DNA of 29,055 nucleotides from a virus (IMGVR_UViG_3300030361_000015:1-29055), one strand, 5' to 3'; counted from the first letter of the stretch, positions 18,587 through 27,122 are shown. The notes: generated by a model from the sequence alone, not told the origin. Program-made: numbers and translations.

Positions 18587-18891
18587 TAGTGCATACTCCT
18601 TCTTGGCACAACATCGGCTTCAACATTCTGCTGGAAGCTCTTGCCCACGGTACCTTGCTCAATCTCCTTACGTACTACCTCAGCACCACGAGCAGCGATG
18701 TACTGGTACATTGCATACATCTGCATACGTTCAAGCTCACCTAAGCATTCAGCATATTCCTTAGCGAAGTTAGTTTCCTTATGCTGTGAGTTGATGTTAA
18801 AAAGAACTACGCACCGGTTCCAAGTGCGTAACGTAACGTCTTCAACGTCATTAAATAAGCTATAGCCTTTGTAATTGTTTTTATTCGCCAT
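18586..18891 (-). CDS. hypothetical protein
   Basis: 101 aa, overlaps both neighbours, SD GGAG. Confidence 0.65.
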   Translation of the reverse strand: MANKNNYKGYSLFNDVEDVTLRTWNRCVVLFNINSQHKETNFAKEYAECLGELERMQMYAMYQYIAARGAEVVRKEIEQGTVGKSFQQNVEADVVPRRSMH

Positions 18892-19744
18892 TATTTTCTT
18901 TCTCCTGCTCTTTACGAGTTCTTATTTGTTCTTTAGTTGGACTTGGTTCAAGCTCAAAAGCTTCCTCAATAGTCCAGTTATTGTTTAATCTGTAACTTAT
19001 GGTTGACCTATTTACCTTAAGAAAATCAGCCCACTCTTGTAGAGTTAACGTGACTCCCTCGTACTCTATGTAGACATTCCTCCTAGTGTTATTAGATTGA
19101 ACCTTGTGAGTAGTCCACCTACAGTTGTCAGGTTCATAATCACCTTCTGGGTCAACCCTGTCTAAAGTAGTGCCGTCTGGTCGGGCACCTAGGTCATTAT
19201 AGAAGTTGATAAAATCATCCTCCCAAGACTTGCATACTTTAATACCCCTCCCACCGTAGTAATCATAGTCAGATTTATTAGGGTTACTGCACCTACCCTT
19301 CATAGCTACATAACAAGGGTACTCGTTGGGGTGTGTTTTATAGTAGCCCCTCCTCCCTTTTGCCACAGCCTTCTCCCCGTTAGTCTTAACTTCATGACAG
19401 TCTCCGCAGAGTAATTGCAAGTTGTCAAGCTCTGAGAACATACGTTCTATGCAGTCGTCCCAAGTAGTCCAACCTATGGAGGGGTCAACTATTGGGTTAA
19501 TATGGTCAACGTGAATATTCTTCTTACGTCTTCCGTTTTCGTCTTTAATGCTGGCTGGAACCTCAGCCCCACAACCAGCGCATTTATATAAGCCACGCTT
19601 AACTCTAGCTTGTTTCTGACATAAACTAATTGGAGCCCATTTCATTGTAGCTCGTCTTAGGTTACCTTTAACAAATGACCTGAACTTAGCCTCAGTCCAT
19701 GTATTGTTACAACGTGTCTTCTCTCCACCTATTCTACCAGCGAT
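18881..19744 (-). CDS. double-HNH endonuclease; probable ATC start at 19744
   Basis: Domain 1: CAGC...HVDHINP...NLQLLCGDCH; domain 2: AMKGRC...YGGRGIKVC...TLDRVDPEGDYEPDNCRW; frame is open 33 codons upstream of ATG 19645 to ATC behind GAGGT. Confidence 0.8.
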   Translation of the reverse strand: MAGRIGGEKTRCNNTWTEAKFRSFVKGNLRRATMKWAPISLCQKQARVKRGLYKCAGCGAEVPASIKDENGRRKKNIHVDHINPIVDPSIGWTTWDDCIERMFSELDNLQLLCGDCHEVKTNGEKAVAKGRRGYYKTHPNEYPCYVAMKGRCSNPNKSDYDYYGGRGIKVCKSWEDDFINFYNDLGARPDGTTLDRVDPEGDYEPDNCRWTTHKVQSNNTRRNVYIEYEGVTLTLQEWADFLKVNRSTISYRLNNNWTIEEAFELEPSPTKEQIRTRKEQEKENNGE

Positions 19745-19745
19745 A

Positions 19746-20096
19746 TTAATACCTCACAACTTGGACTAGTAAACCCTTTTCTAGTGCAATATCAATCATA
19801 TGTTTAGTGCCCTTAGACTTTCCATCCCAGAAAGCTACTAGCATCTCAGAGTGATTAGCCATGTCAACATTACGCCTATAACCCGCGGACTTACCGTACT
19901 CATCCCACTTGGCAGGGAACACCCTAACTCTGAGGTCATTTTCCCTGCCCCACAACTCTCCAAGGGCGTCCGCACCCTTCGCCCCACCTGAAACTACGGT
20001 GATGCAATGAGCTAACCTGTCGTTCAAGAAGTCCATCTCCTCTTCCAGCAAGCTATAATTATTAAAGTCACGACCACCTGCAATAATAACTCTCAT
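19746..20096 (-). CDS. SLOG-family (DUF2493 / YpsA-like) protein
   Basis: RVIIAGGRDF, VVSGGAKGAD, AGYRRN, AFWDGKSKGT motifs. Confidence 0.85.
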   Translation of the reverse strand: MRVIIAGGRDFNNYSLLEEEMDFLNDRLAHCITVVSGGAKGADALGELWGRENDLRVRVFPAKWDEYGKSAGYRRNVDMANHSEMLVAFWDGKSKGTKHMIDIALEKGLLVQVVRY

Positions 20097-20221
20097 ATCT
20101 TACAAGCCCCGCCTTCACAGCCTTCATCTTCATCACTTTCAAACCTCTCCACTTCGTAGTCAGGTTCTTCAACCTCTAGACCATCGAATAGTGTGAAGTC
20201 CATCTCATCTTCTTTAATCAT
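20093..20221 (-). CDS. 42-aa acidic microprotein ending GCEGGACKI (RNR-alpha C-terminal tail-like; not in ORF track)
   Basis: SD GAGG, ATG 20221, MIKEDEMDFTLFDGLEVEEPDYEVERFESDEDEGCEGGACKI; ATGA overlap with the SLOG gene; fills the gap exactly. Confidence 0.75.
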   Translation of the reverse strand: MIKEDEMDFTLFDGLEVEEPDYEVERFESDEDEGCEGGACKI

Positions 20222-21155
20222 TCAACCTCTCATCAAACATTTTATAATGAATTAAGTTACCGTCATCGTCAACTTCCTTGACCATCCAAGCTAGTTGACA
20301 TTGCTCTAACATCTCTTCCCTACAAGTTTCTTCTCCGTAGAAGTCCCTGTAAGCCCCTAGGACGGCTTCAAATAACTCACCCTCACTATCACATTCATTA
20401 AGTAGTTTAAAGGCTTTAACGTCCCCACAGCGTGGTAAGCCGGGGTAGTCATCAGTCTTGTCACCAGTCAACACTTGTGAATAGAAGAACTTCAAGCCAG
20501 TGCCAGAGAGTTTATTCCTGCCAGATAACTTAATCTCACCTACACCATCTACACGAGTTAGTGGAAACTGTGGTTGCTTGCCACAAGCCCAACCGAAGTG
20601 CATCCCTTCTATAATCTTTAAGTCCTTGTCACGAGAGCAGATAACTGTAGTTAAAGGTTTAGCTGCCGTCTGGTGAATAGCTAGTAAGTCGTCAGCTTCA
20701 CACCCCTCAGCTACGATAACTTCACGAGTAGCACATACATAAGCTACTAAGTTCTCATAGTGAATAGGTCGTGGATTCTTACGACTACCTTTGTACACTT
20801 TCTTCTTAGCTACATCATCCCTGAAATTAGGGACATACTCACTTGGTTGATAAAGCTCTACCATATCTTTAGCAACATCATCGAGTGGATTCTCCTCAGC
20901 ACGCTTACTGGCACGCTTAAGGGCTTTAGCTTTCTTCTTCTCTCTTGCTTTATGTAACTGAGCGTTATTAGTCATAAAGAATAGGCTAGGTTCAGTTGCC
21001 CAAACCTCTGCCTCAATCTCTTTAACTTTGTCGTCGAATGCCTTAGATACATTGTCAAATGGTTTGGCAACTATCTCTTGTAACTCTTCGTCAAAGTATT
21101 GACCAATACTACTAATCTCATAGAGCAATATGTCTAAATCAATTAGGCACTTGAT
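20214..21155 (-). CDS. 5'-3' exonuclease (T7 gp6 / FEN-like); probable ATC start at 21155
   Basis: YKGSR, EADD, SRDKDL, GDKTDDYPG motifs; N-terminal CLIDLDILLY with its Asp residues lies upstream of TTG 21128. Confidence 0.85.
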   Translation of the reverse strand: MKCLIDLDILLYEISSIGQYFDEELQEIVAKPFDNVSKAFDDKVKEIEAEVWATEPSLFFMTNNAQLHKAREKKKAKALKRASKRAEENPLDDVAKDMVELYQPSEYVPNFRDDVAKKKVYKGSRKNPRPIHYENLVAYVCATREVIVAEGCEADDLLAIHQTAAKPLTTVICSRDKDLKIIEGMHFGWACGKQPQFPLTRVDGVGEIKLSGRNKLSGTGLKFFYSQVLTGDKTDDYPGLPRCGDVKAFKLLNECDSEGELFEAVLGAYRDFYGEETCREEMLEQCQLAWMVKEVDDDGNLIHYKMFDERLND

Positions 21156-21445
21156 GAATCACCTTCCTCAGCAAAATCTGCTTCTAGTTGAGCGTATAAC
21201 TTCTCCTGCTTAGTTTTACTTACAGCCCTTAAGTTAATACCATCCATAGTTAACGGTTTGCTGACAGCATCTACATGCCCATCCTTGACAAACGCTGCAA
21301 TGAATAGCTTACGCATAGCATACGGGTCGTCATCACCTACATGTACTACTGTATCGCCAGCTAAGTACATTAAGTCACCTTTCTTAACCCCGTAGTCTAA
21401 GTAGCGGCTGCTCTTTACTGTTACAAATTGACCCACTTCTAACAT
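21143..21445 (-). CDS. hypothetical protein
   Basis: SD GAGGA; 100 aa. Confidence 0.7.
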   Translation of the reverse strand: MLEVGQFVTVKSSRYLDYGVKKGDLMYLAGDTVVHVGDDDPYAMRKLFIAAFVKDGHVDAVSKPLTMDGINLRAVSKTKQEKLYAQLEADFAEEGDSSSA

Positions 21446-21485
21446 ATTTTAAGTCCTCTCTTCTTTGTTGTTTAAATCTATTAGA

Positions 21486-21517
21486 TAGGCTGAGCGGTCT
21501 CCCGCTCGGTAACCTAT
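21486..21517 (-). promoter_or_regulatory. stable stem-loop with GAGA tetraloop after the SSB-like gene
   Basis: Minus strand ATAGGTTACCGAGCGG-GAGA-CCGCTCAGCCTAT; no clear U-tract. Confidence 0.5.
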
Positions 21518-21535
21518 AAGAATGTTTATAGAAGA

Positions 21536-22261
21536 CTACCACGGTTGTTGGTCTTCTGGGTCGTCGTTAACCTCTGGCTCTGATTCATCATTAACCTCAG
21601 GTTCAGGTTGTGGTTCTGGCTCTTTCTTTTGCTCAGTCTTGCCATCAAGTAGTCGTTGTAACTCACTACCATTGTACTCAAGGTTAGATTTAATCTTATC
21701 TTGAATCCACTCAGGTAATGAACGGAATACATCAAGGTCAGGCTCACTAACAATAAACACTTTAGGGTCATTGACCAGTGGGGCAGCCTTAGCAGCTTCC
21801 TTAGCACGCATTGGAGCAACGTTAGCTACATTATTAAATGTACGACCAGCGTTCTTGCCTTTACCCGGTGTGGCTGTAATAGTCACCATGCTAGGTGTAC
21901 CCATCAGTTGAGTGAAGTCACCATCATGCTCTAGGTTAGGGTCAAGAGCTTTGTAGCGCTTAGTTGAAGTAGCTAAGTCTACATCTAGGTTGTTTAAGGT
22001 GATGGTCTCGCCAATCCAACGTGGCTTGTCTTCAAGCTCCTCTCCATTCTCGTCAACACAGAACTCATCTAGTAGTTCATACGTTAACATAACCTCTTGC
22101 TTAGGTGGTTTCTCGTTACCATCCCAAGCCTTTTGTGGTTGTAAACCTAAGTCGATTAGTTGAACCAATCGGTTAGGGTATGTGCCAGCGTCTACTGCCT
22201 CTTGTGGTGCAATCTTCTTACCGCCGCCATTCATAGCTACTTTCTTTACATTTAAACCCAT
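21536..22261 (-). CDS. putative single-stranded DNA-binding protein
   Basis: In the replication module; beta-rich core and acidic C-terminal tail ending in an aromatic residue (…EPEVNDDPEDQQPW). Confidence 0.55.
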   Translation of the reverse strand: MGLNVKKVAMNGGGKKIAPQEAVDAGTYPNRLVQLIDLGLQPQKAWDGNEKPPKQEVMLTYELLDEFCVDENGEELEDKPRWIGETITLNNLDVDLATSTKRYKALDPNLEHDGDFTQLMGTPSMVTITATPGKGKNAGRTFNNVANVAPMRAKEAAKAAPLVNDPKVFIVSEPDLDVFRSLPEWIQDKIKSNLEYNGSELQRLLDGKTEQKKEPEPQPEPEVNDESEPEVNDDPEDQQPW

Positions 22262-22262
22262 A

Positions 22263-22667
22263 TTACTTGCCCTCTTTATTAAGCATATCCATTATAATTA
22301 ACTCTAGCTCTGGGTCGAACGTACCATACTCGTCAGGTATATCCAACTCTGTTACTGGCGTCACACCCAGTAAATTTAAAGCCTCTAATAGTTTCCGAAC
22401 TACCACAACTTGCTCTGACACTACGTAGATTTCATCAGCCCACACAAGTAAAGCTTCGCTTATCGGTACTAGTGCGTACTCCTGACTGGTGCCACAAGCC
22501 CTTGTGTTATACCCCAATTGCGTTAACAACTTGGCTATGGTTGGACTTCGTAGCAAACCAGCAGAGCAAACACACAGGGCTTTCTTGCTATTTCCTTGAT
22601 ATGGGTTGGTAACATTAGCTAGTTGATTCCTACTAGCCCTTGGCATTGAGTAATTATCCACCATCAA
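22263..22667 (-). CDS. low-molecular-weight PTP / ArsC-fold phosphatase-like protein
   Basis: ALCVCSAGLLRS (CX5RS P-loop), WADEI, LDIPDEY general-acid loop; start uncertain (22664 or 22646). Confidence 0.75.
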   Translation of the reverse strand: MMVDNYSMPRASRNQLANVTNPYQGNSKKALCVCSAGLLRSPTIAKLLTQLGYNTRACGTSQEYALVPISEALLVWADEIYVVSEQVVVVRKLLEALNLLGVTPVTELDIPDEYGTFDPELELIIMDMLNKEGK

Positions 22668-22752
22668 TCTCCATCAATTGTTGTTCTAGTTCTTCTATCT
22701 TTTGTTTGTGTTGCTCGATAGCTTCCTCCAAAGCCTGAGCCTGTTTAATCAT
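22654..22752 (-). CDS. 32-aa coiled-coil microprotein
   Basis: ATG 22752 after GAGAG: MIKQAQALEEAIEQHKQKIEELEQQLMEIDGG; the longer track ORF overlaps the upstream gene. Confidence 0.5.
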   Translation of the reverse strand: MIKQAQALEEAIEQHKQKIEELEQQLMEIDGG

Positions 22753-22798
22753 ATTCTCTCTATTTGCTAACACACCACAACAGGTGTGCTTAATCTGT

Positions 22799-23113
22799 TC
22801 ACTTAGTTTCAATTTCTTTAATCCTACCCTCAAGTTCTTGAACCTCTGCCTCCAGAGCATTGAGATTGTTCCTGCAATAAGCAATGGAATCTAACTTACT
22901 CTCCAGTCTATTCTTAAGTAGCTCCAGTTCGAGCTCATTACTGGCAGGAATTTTGTAAGTGAAGTACACCTCGTCCCCTTCATAAATATCAAAAGCTATA
23001 TCCTCAGCACCCTCGCCTTGAAGTTTAACTATTTCTCTTCTAATTAGCTCTAGGATTTCAAGAGGTTGCAACCCCTCACTAAGTGGTATAGCACAAGAAG
23101 TAGTAAGTATCAT
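22799..23113 (-). CDS. hypothetical protein with C-terminal coiled coil
   Basis: SD GGAG; abuts the polymerase stop codon. Confidence 0.65.
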   Translation of the reverse strand: MILTTSCAIPLSEGLQPLEILELIRREIVKLQGEGAEDIAFDIYEGDEVYFTYKIPASNELELELLKNRLESKLDSIAYCRNNLNALEAEVQELEGRIKEIETK

Positions 23114-24982
23114 CTAATGTATCTCCGCATAACTATCTCCAAATTGAACGTCAACATCTAACGCTCTGTTAAGTTTTAATAATTCATTAACCTGACCTAC
23201 AGCCCACTTACAAACCTCAGTGGCTCTAGCTCTAAGCCCTTTACGAATACACGCTATAATTTCATCGTGCATCTGACCAATCAATGGCATTCCTTTACTA
23301 CGTACAAACTTCACCCACATATCAAAGCAATAGACACCAGTACCTTGGTTAAGTGTACTGAACCTATCTTTCTCGTGACGTAAGCTGTACCAGAATCGAC
23401 TCACTGGATTATATAACCACTTCTGCTTATTACAAACCTTAACGATTTGTGCCTCAGCAACAGCCTTAACAGCCCAGTTACGTTCCCAGTAAATCTCTAC
23501 TAACCTCTCCCCATCAGGAATAGAAATACCAGCAGCACGAGCCACAGTAGCCCCACCTGCCCCGTAAACACACGAATAATTCGTTTGCTTGGCTGTGCTT
23601 CTGGCTTCCTTGAGAGCCGAATACACTTTCGAGTGTTTGAATTTTTCATCTGCATTTTTAAATCTATCTCCATCAGCTTTCGACATCATACCTGCTTGTA
23701 CTGCGATATCAATGTGAGGGTCGAAGTCATCAGTCATCATTTCTTTGACGTATTCTGGGTCGTAGTCCCACATGTAGTGTTGCTTAGTGCGGTCTTCCAA
23801 GCTTGACATATCACTTCCAAGCAACTCATACCCATCTGGCGCAATGAGAGAACCACGAATATCAACACCATAAGGCTTATCCACACCGGGTAAATTAACC
23901 ACCACTTTGTGCTTGAAGCGTAACGTGTTCGTGAGTCCTTGAATTTGCGCCTCAATATATCCAGCATCATCAACGCTCTCCAAAAAACCTTTAAGTAATG
24001 AAATCCTATGAGTAAGTATTGATAACCCCTCCAATACTTCAAGCTTAGGTTCTACACCAAATAACCTCTTAATGCTTGGGCATATACCCTTGCCATGCTT
24101 AAGGTTTATTTGAGGTATTTTCTTTACGTCACCAGTTTCTTTGTTACGTTTAAACTCAAACGTTTCAGGAATCCAGCCGAAAGAATCCAACCATGCTTTT
24201 ATTTGAGGGGTGCTATTAGGATTAGGTTCCTTATAACTACTCACCACCTCAACTACTCCTTCATAATCCTCAGGTAAACCCTTCTCCTTTAACAGAGAGA
24301 ACCACCTCTCGCCTACAGCACTAGGTTCACCACTAAGTTTATAAGGCTTAGCTGGTCGAGTCTTCTTAGTGATTACAGGAACCTTAGGCATCACAGACAT
24401 TAACTCTGCAACCTTATCTTCCTTTATACCAACAAGTTTATTGTGTGCATTAGTGCAACGTTCTATGTCAAGCTTCCACTTGTTCTCTTCTTGCTCTCTT
24501 GCACAATCAATCTTGAATGACAGGTAATCAATGAATCTCCAAGCTTCCTCTTCACTGCCATATAGTTTAAGGAGTTGTTTCCACTGACGTTCCCACAACA
24601 GCGTATTGATTTTAACATCTTCTTCACAGCGGTGAATGTATTCTTCTGTGCTTAAGTTGTCCCAATCTTCTACCACTGGCTTAGGTACACCAAACTCCTC
24701 ACCATAGTCAGCTAGTCCATGCCTAGCCCTGTGAGGCTCTAGATACCACGAGAGGGCTAAAGTATCAACAAGACGGGCTTTCACCTTAATACCTAATAAA
24801 CGTTCCACTACGGGGACGTCATAGCGTATAATGTTATGCCCTATTAATACCTTAGCTCCACGAAAGAACTTACGCTGGTTCTCGTAGCTATCAGTGGAGT
24901 GAATACCACTATCCGTATTGACAGAGAGGCAATGAATCTTAGTAGGTTTAAGTCCATTAGCTTCTATGTCGAATACGTTCAT
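23114..24982 (-). CDS. polA: family A DNA polymerase with 3'-5' exonuclease (T7-like)
   Basis: FDIEA, GHNIIRYD, CEEDV exo motifs; GSDMSSLE (motif A), RSTAKQTNYSCVYGAG (B), QMHDE (C). Confidence 0.95.
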   Translation of the reverse strand: MNVFDIEANGLKPTKIHCLSVNTDSGIHSTDSYENQRKFFRGAKVLIGHNIIRYDVPVVERLLGIKVKARLVDTLALSWYLEPHRARHGLADYGEEFGVPKPVVEDWDNLSTEEYIHRCEEDVKINTLLWERQWKQLLKLYGSEEEAWRFIDYLSFKIDCAREQEENKWKLDIERCTNAHNKLVGIKEDKVAELMSVMPKVPVITKKTRPAKPYKLSGEPSAVGERWFSLLKEKGLPEDYEGVVEVVSSYKEPNPNSTPQIKAWLDSFGWIPETFEFKRNKETGDVKKIPQINLKHGKGICPSIKRLFGVEPKLEVLEGLSILTHRISLLKGFLESVDDAGYIEAQIQGLTNTLRFKHKVVVNLPGVDKPYGVDIRGSLIAPDGYELLGSDMSSLEDRTKQHYMWDYDPEYVKEMMTDDFDPHIDIAVQAGMMSKADGDRFKNADEKFKHSKVYSALKEARSTAKQTNYSCVYGAGGATVARAAGISIPDGERLVEIYWERNWAVKAVAEAQIVKVCNKQKWLYNPVSRFWYSLRHEKDRFSTLNQGTGVYCFDMWVKFVRSKGMPLIGQMHDEIIACIRKGLRARATEVCKWAVGQVNELLKLNRALDVDVQFGDSYAEIH

Positions 24983-25467
24983 GTAGTATCTCCAAACTCT
25001 CTAAGAATGTCAGACCTAAACCTGTAGACAATGGATTGAACTGTTGTCCTAGGTTGATTTAATATCTGACCTACCTCCCTCATGTTATATCCCTTAAAGA
25101 AATTAAGTTCAATGATATCTTTCACTAAACCCTCTTGGGTTTTTAAATAACCTTTAACCTTCTTAACTAAATCAGAGGAATAATCACACAGCTCATAAGT
25201 GGGCTCGTGCTTCTCCTCCATCTCGACAGACATACCACTAATACGTTCTTGCTGTCGATAGTTATTGAAAGCGTTGTTAGCTATTGAATAGAACCATTTC
25301 TCAATGGACTGACGCTCAGGGTTAAAGGACTTGTGGTATTTCAAGGCTCTAGTAAAAGCCTCTTGTACAATGTCCTCGGCAGCCTCGTGACTACCAGCCC
25401 TACGCTTGAAATAGTTAACTAGGTTATTATAATTATCTTTATAATATTGTTCTATTTGTTTATACAC
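24979..25467 (-). CDS. ECF-type sigma70-family factor
   Basis: Region 2 AEDIVQEAF...WFYSIANN; region 4 GYNMREVGQILNQPRTTVQSIVYR; GTG start after GAGGG. Confidence 0.85.
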   Translation of the reverse strand: MYKQIEQYYKDNYNNLVNYFKRRAGSHEAAEDIVQEAFTRALKYHKSFNPERQSIEKWFYSIANNAFNNYRQQERISGMSVEMEEKHEPTYELCDYSSDLVKKVKGYLKTQEGLVKDIIELNFFKGYNMREVGQILNQPRTTVQSIVYRFRSDILREFGDTT

Positions 25468-27122
25468 TAAACCCTCACTTCATTAAACAAGCCAGTCTTC
25501 CTGTCCCAGAATAGCTTAACCACACCACTTTCACCGAATTCACGGTCAGCAAGCATGACTAACTCACGCATATTCTGTTCATTCTCACTTAGCTCTGGGT
25601 CTTTATTACCTTGTAAGCCAATGGCATAGTTACAACTACGTGCCATAGCACTACTACCTGCGAAGTAGTCAGTTGTAATCTTACCACCCCTATCCCAAGG
25701 TGTAGCACCCTTTGGTGGTTTATTTAAATGGCAGAAGAACGCTATGTGAATATCTAAATCCATTGCCATAGCAGCAGCCTCTTGTGCAACACCTTTCAAA
25801 TGTGCATCAATGTCACTGTGACCCATGCCGTTAGTCAGGTTGGTAATCGGGTCAATGATTACTAACTTAACACCCTCAGCTACGGCGGCTAAGATATCTA
25901 ACTTAAGCGAATCCCAACCAATGTGTTGGTAGAGGTTTAACATGCAAAGATTATTCCTTACAATAGCTCCACCACGTTCGTACGCCTCACTGTCAAACTC
26001 AACTGTAGGGTCATGGAAAATCTTACCCGTCACTTTACTCAACACCATCTTGTAGGTCTTATTGTTAGCCTCCTCAGGCTTAGCAACCATCACCTTTAAG
26101 TTGTGCTCTTCTATAAAGTGGGCTGTAAGAGCGTTGACAACCTCACTCTTACCCATTTTCTCACCAGCAGCCCAGTAGCTAGTCTCCTTGAACCGAAGAC
26201 CTCGCATTATCTTGTTCAAGCCGTCCCAAGGGAGACTTAAACCCCACTGTGCAGGTTCTTTAGCTTGCTCATGTACGTCACCACCCCATACTAACCTAGA
26301 GTTTTTCTGTTTTTGTGCGTTAAACATGATAGCTTTGAACGCTGCCTTACCGCAGGTCTTAATGCACTCATTACCATCCTTGGCAGGGAGTGGGATTACT
26401 GTAGCCTCAGGGAACACTTTGCAAGCTTCCTCTGTTGCCTTTCGACCTGCTTCATCTTGGTCAAAAGCAAAAGAAACTTCCTTAAAATGCTTCCTAATTT
26501 TACTAGCCAGTCTAGCTAAGTCTTTACCAGCGCTAGCAGCTCCATGAGGTAGAGATACAGGATAAGGCATGTAGTCCTTATACTTCTCTTCTGTGTAGAT
26601 TTGTAGAATCTTCCACAGGGATGGTGCATCTAGCTCACCCTCGACAATGATTAATCGCCTAGCGCCTGACTTAATAGCCCCTTCCCAACCAAATAGGTCT
26701 ACGTTACGTTGGTCACCTACTGACCACATTTTCTTACCTTCGACAAGCCTAGTCTTATATGACTTTAAGACCCCATCCTCAGTGTACGGATAGAAATGGT
26801 AAGCAGGTGTCTTACCATCCTTCTCACTGAATCCAATCTTAATGCCATACTCTTCAAGAGCATCCTTACGTAAACGTCTATCTACTAAGTCCACTGCACC
26901 TAACTCAGAGATTTCTTTTATACGTTCTTCTACTTGCTCCCTACTAAGACCTAGTTTCTTGTCTGGGATATCTTCAACCTTACGTTCTTCTCCATAGGGA
27001 TTTGGTACATACGTGTCACATGCAAAGCAGTAACCATTCGCTACACCATTCTCCCCCTCAAAGACCTGTAAAGCATCAGATGTGCCACAACTGTGACCGA
27101 TTTTATCAATACATCTACCTAT
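25467..27122 (-). CDS. T7 gp4-like primase-helicase; probable ATA start at 27122
   Basis: Zn domain HSCGTSDA...YCFAC (upstream of GTG 26894), TOPRIM IVEGELDA and FDQDEAG, Walker A AGEKMGKS, IIDPIT, HLNK; ATA behind TAAGGGGG with in-frame TAG two codons before. Confidence 0.9.
   Translation of the reverse strand: MGRCIDKIGHSCGTSDALQVFEGENGVANGYCFACDTYVPNPYGEERKVEDIPDKKLGLSREQVEERIKEISELGAVDLVDRRLRKDALEEYGIKIGFSEKDGKTPAYHFYPYTEDGVLKSYKTRLVEGKKMWSVGDQRNVDLFGWEGAIKSGARRLIIVEGELDAPSLWKILQIYTEEKYKDYMPYPVSLPHGAASAGKDLARLASKIRKHFKEVSFAFDQDEAGRKATEEACKVFPEATVIPLPAKDGNECIKTCGKAAFKAIMFNAQKQKNSRLVWGGDVHEQAKEPAQWGLSLPWDGLNKIMRGLRFKETSYWAAGEKMGKSEVVNALTAHFIEEHNLKVMVAKPEEANNKTYKMVLSKVTGKIFHDPTVEFDSEAYERGGAIVRNNLCMLNLYQHIGWDSLKLDILAAVAEGVKLVIIDPITNLTNGMGHSDIDAHLKGVAQEAAAMAMDLDIHIAFFCHLNKPPKGATPWDRGGKITTDYFAGSSAMARSCNYAIGLQGNKDPELSENEQNMRELVMLADREFGESGVVKLFWDRKTGLFNEVRV

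Noticed and set aside
21565-21620. EPEVND duplication in the SSB-like tail
   Set aside because: Ordinary low-complexity acidic linker expansion
22753-22884. N-terminal part of the 76-aa ORF
   Set aside because: Overlaps the upstream gene out of frame and crosses a hairpin; ATG 22752 preferred
2031-26547. Numerous antisense or nested alternative-frame ORFs in the track (e.g. 2490-2774, 9613-9957, 12731-13147, 21526-21819, 26188-26547)
   Set aside because: Shadows of well-supported genes; no recognisable motifs
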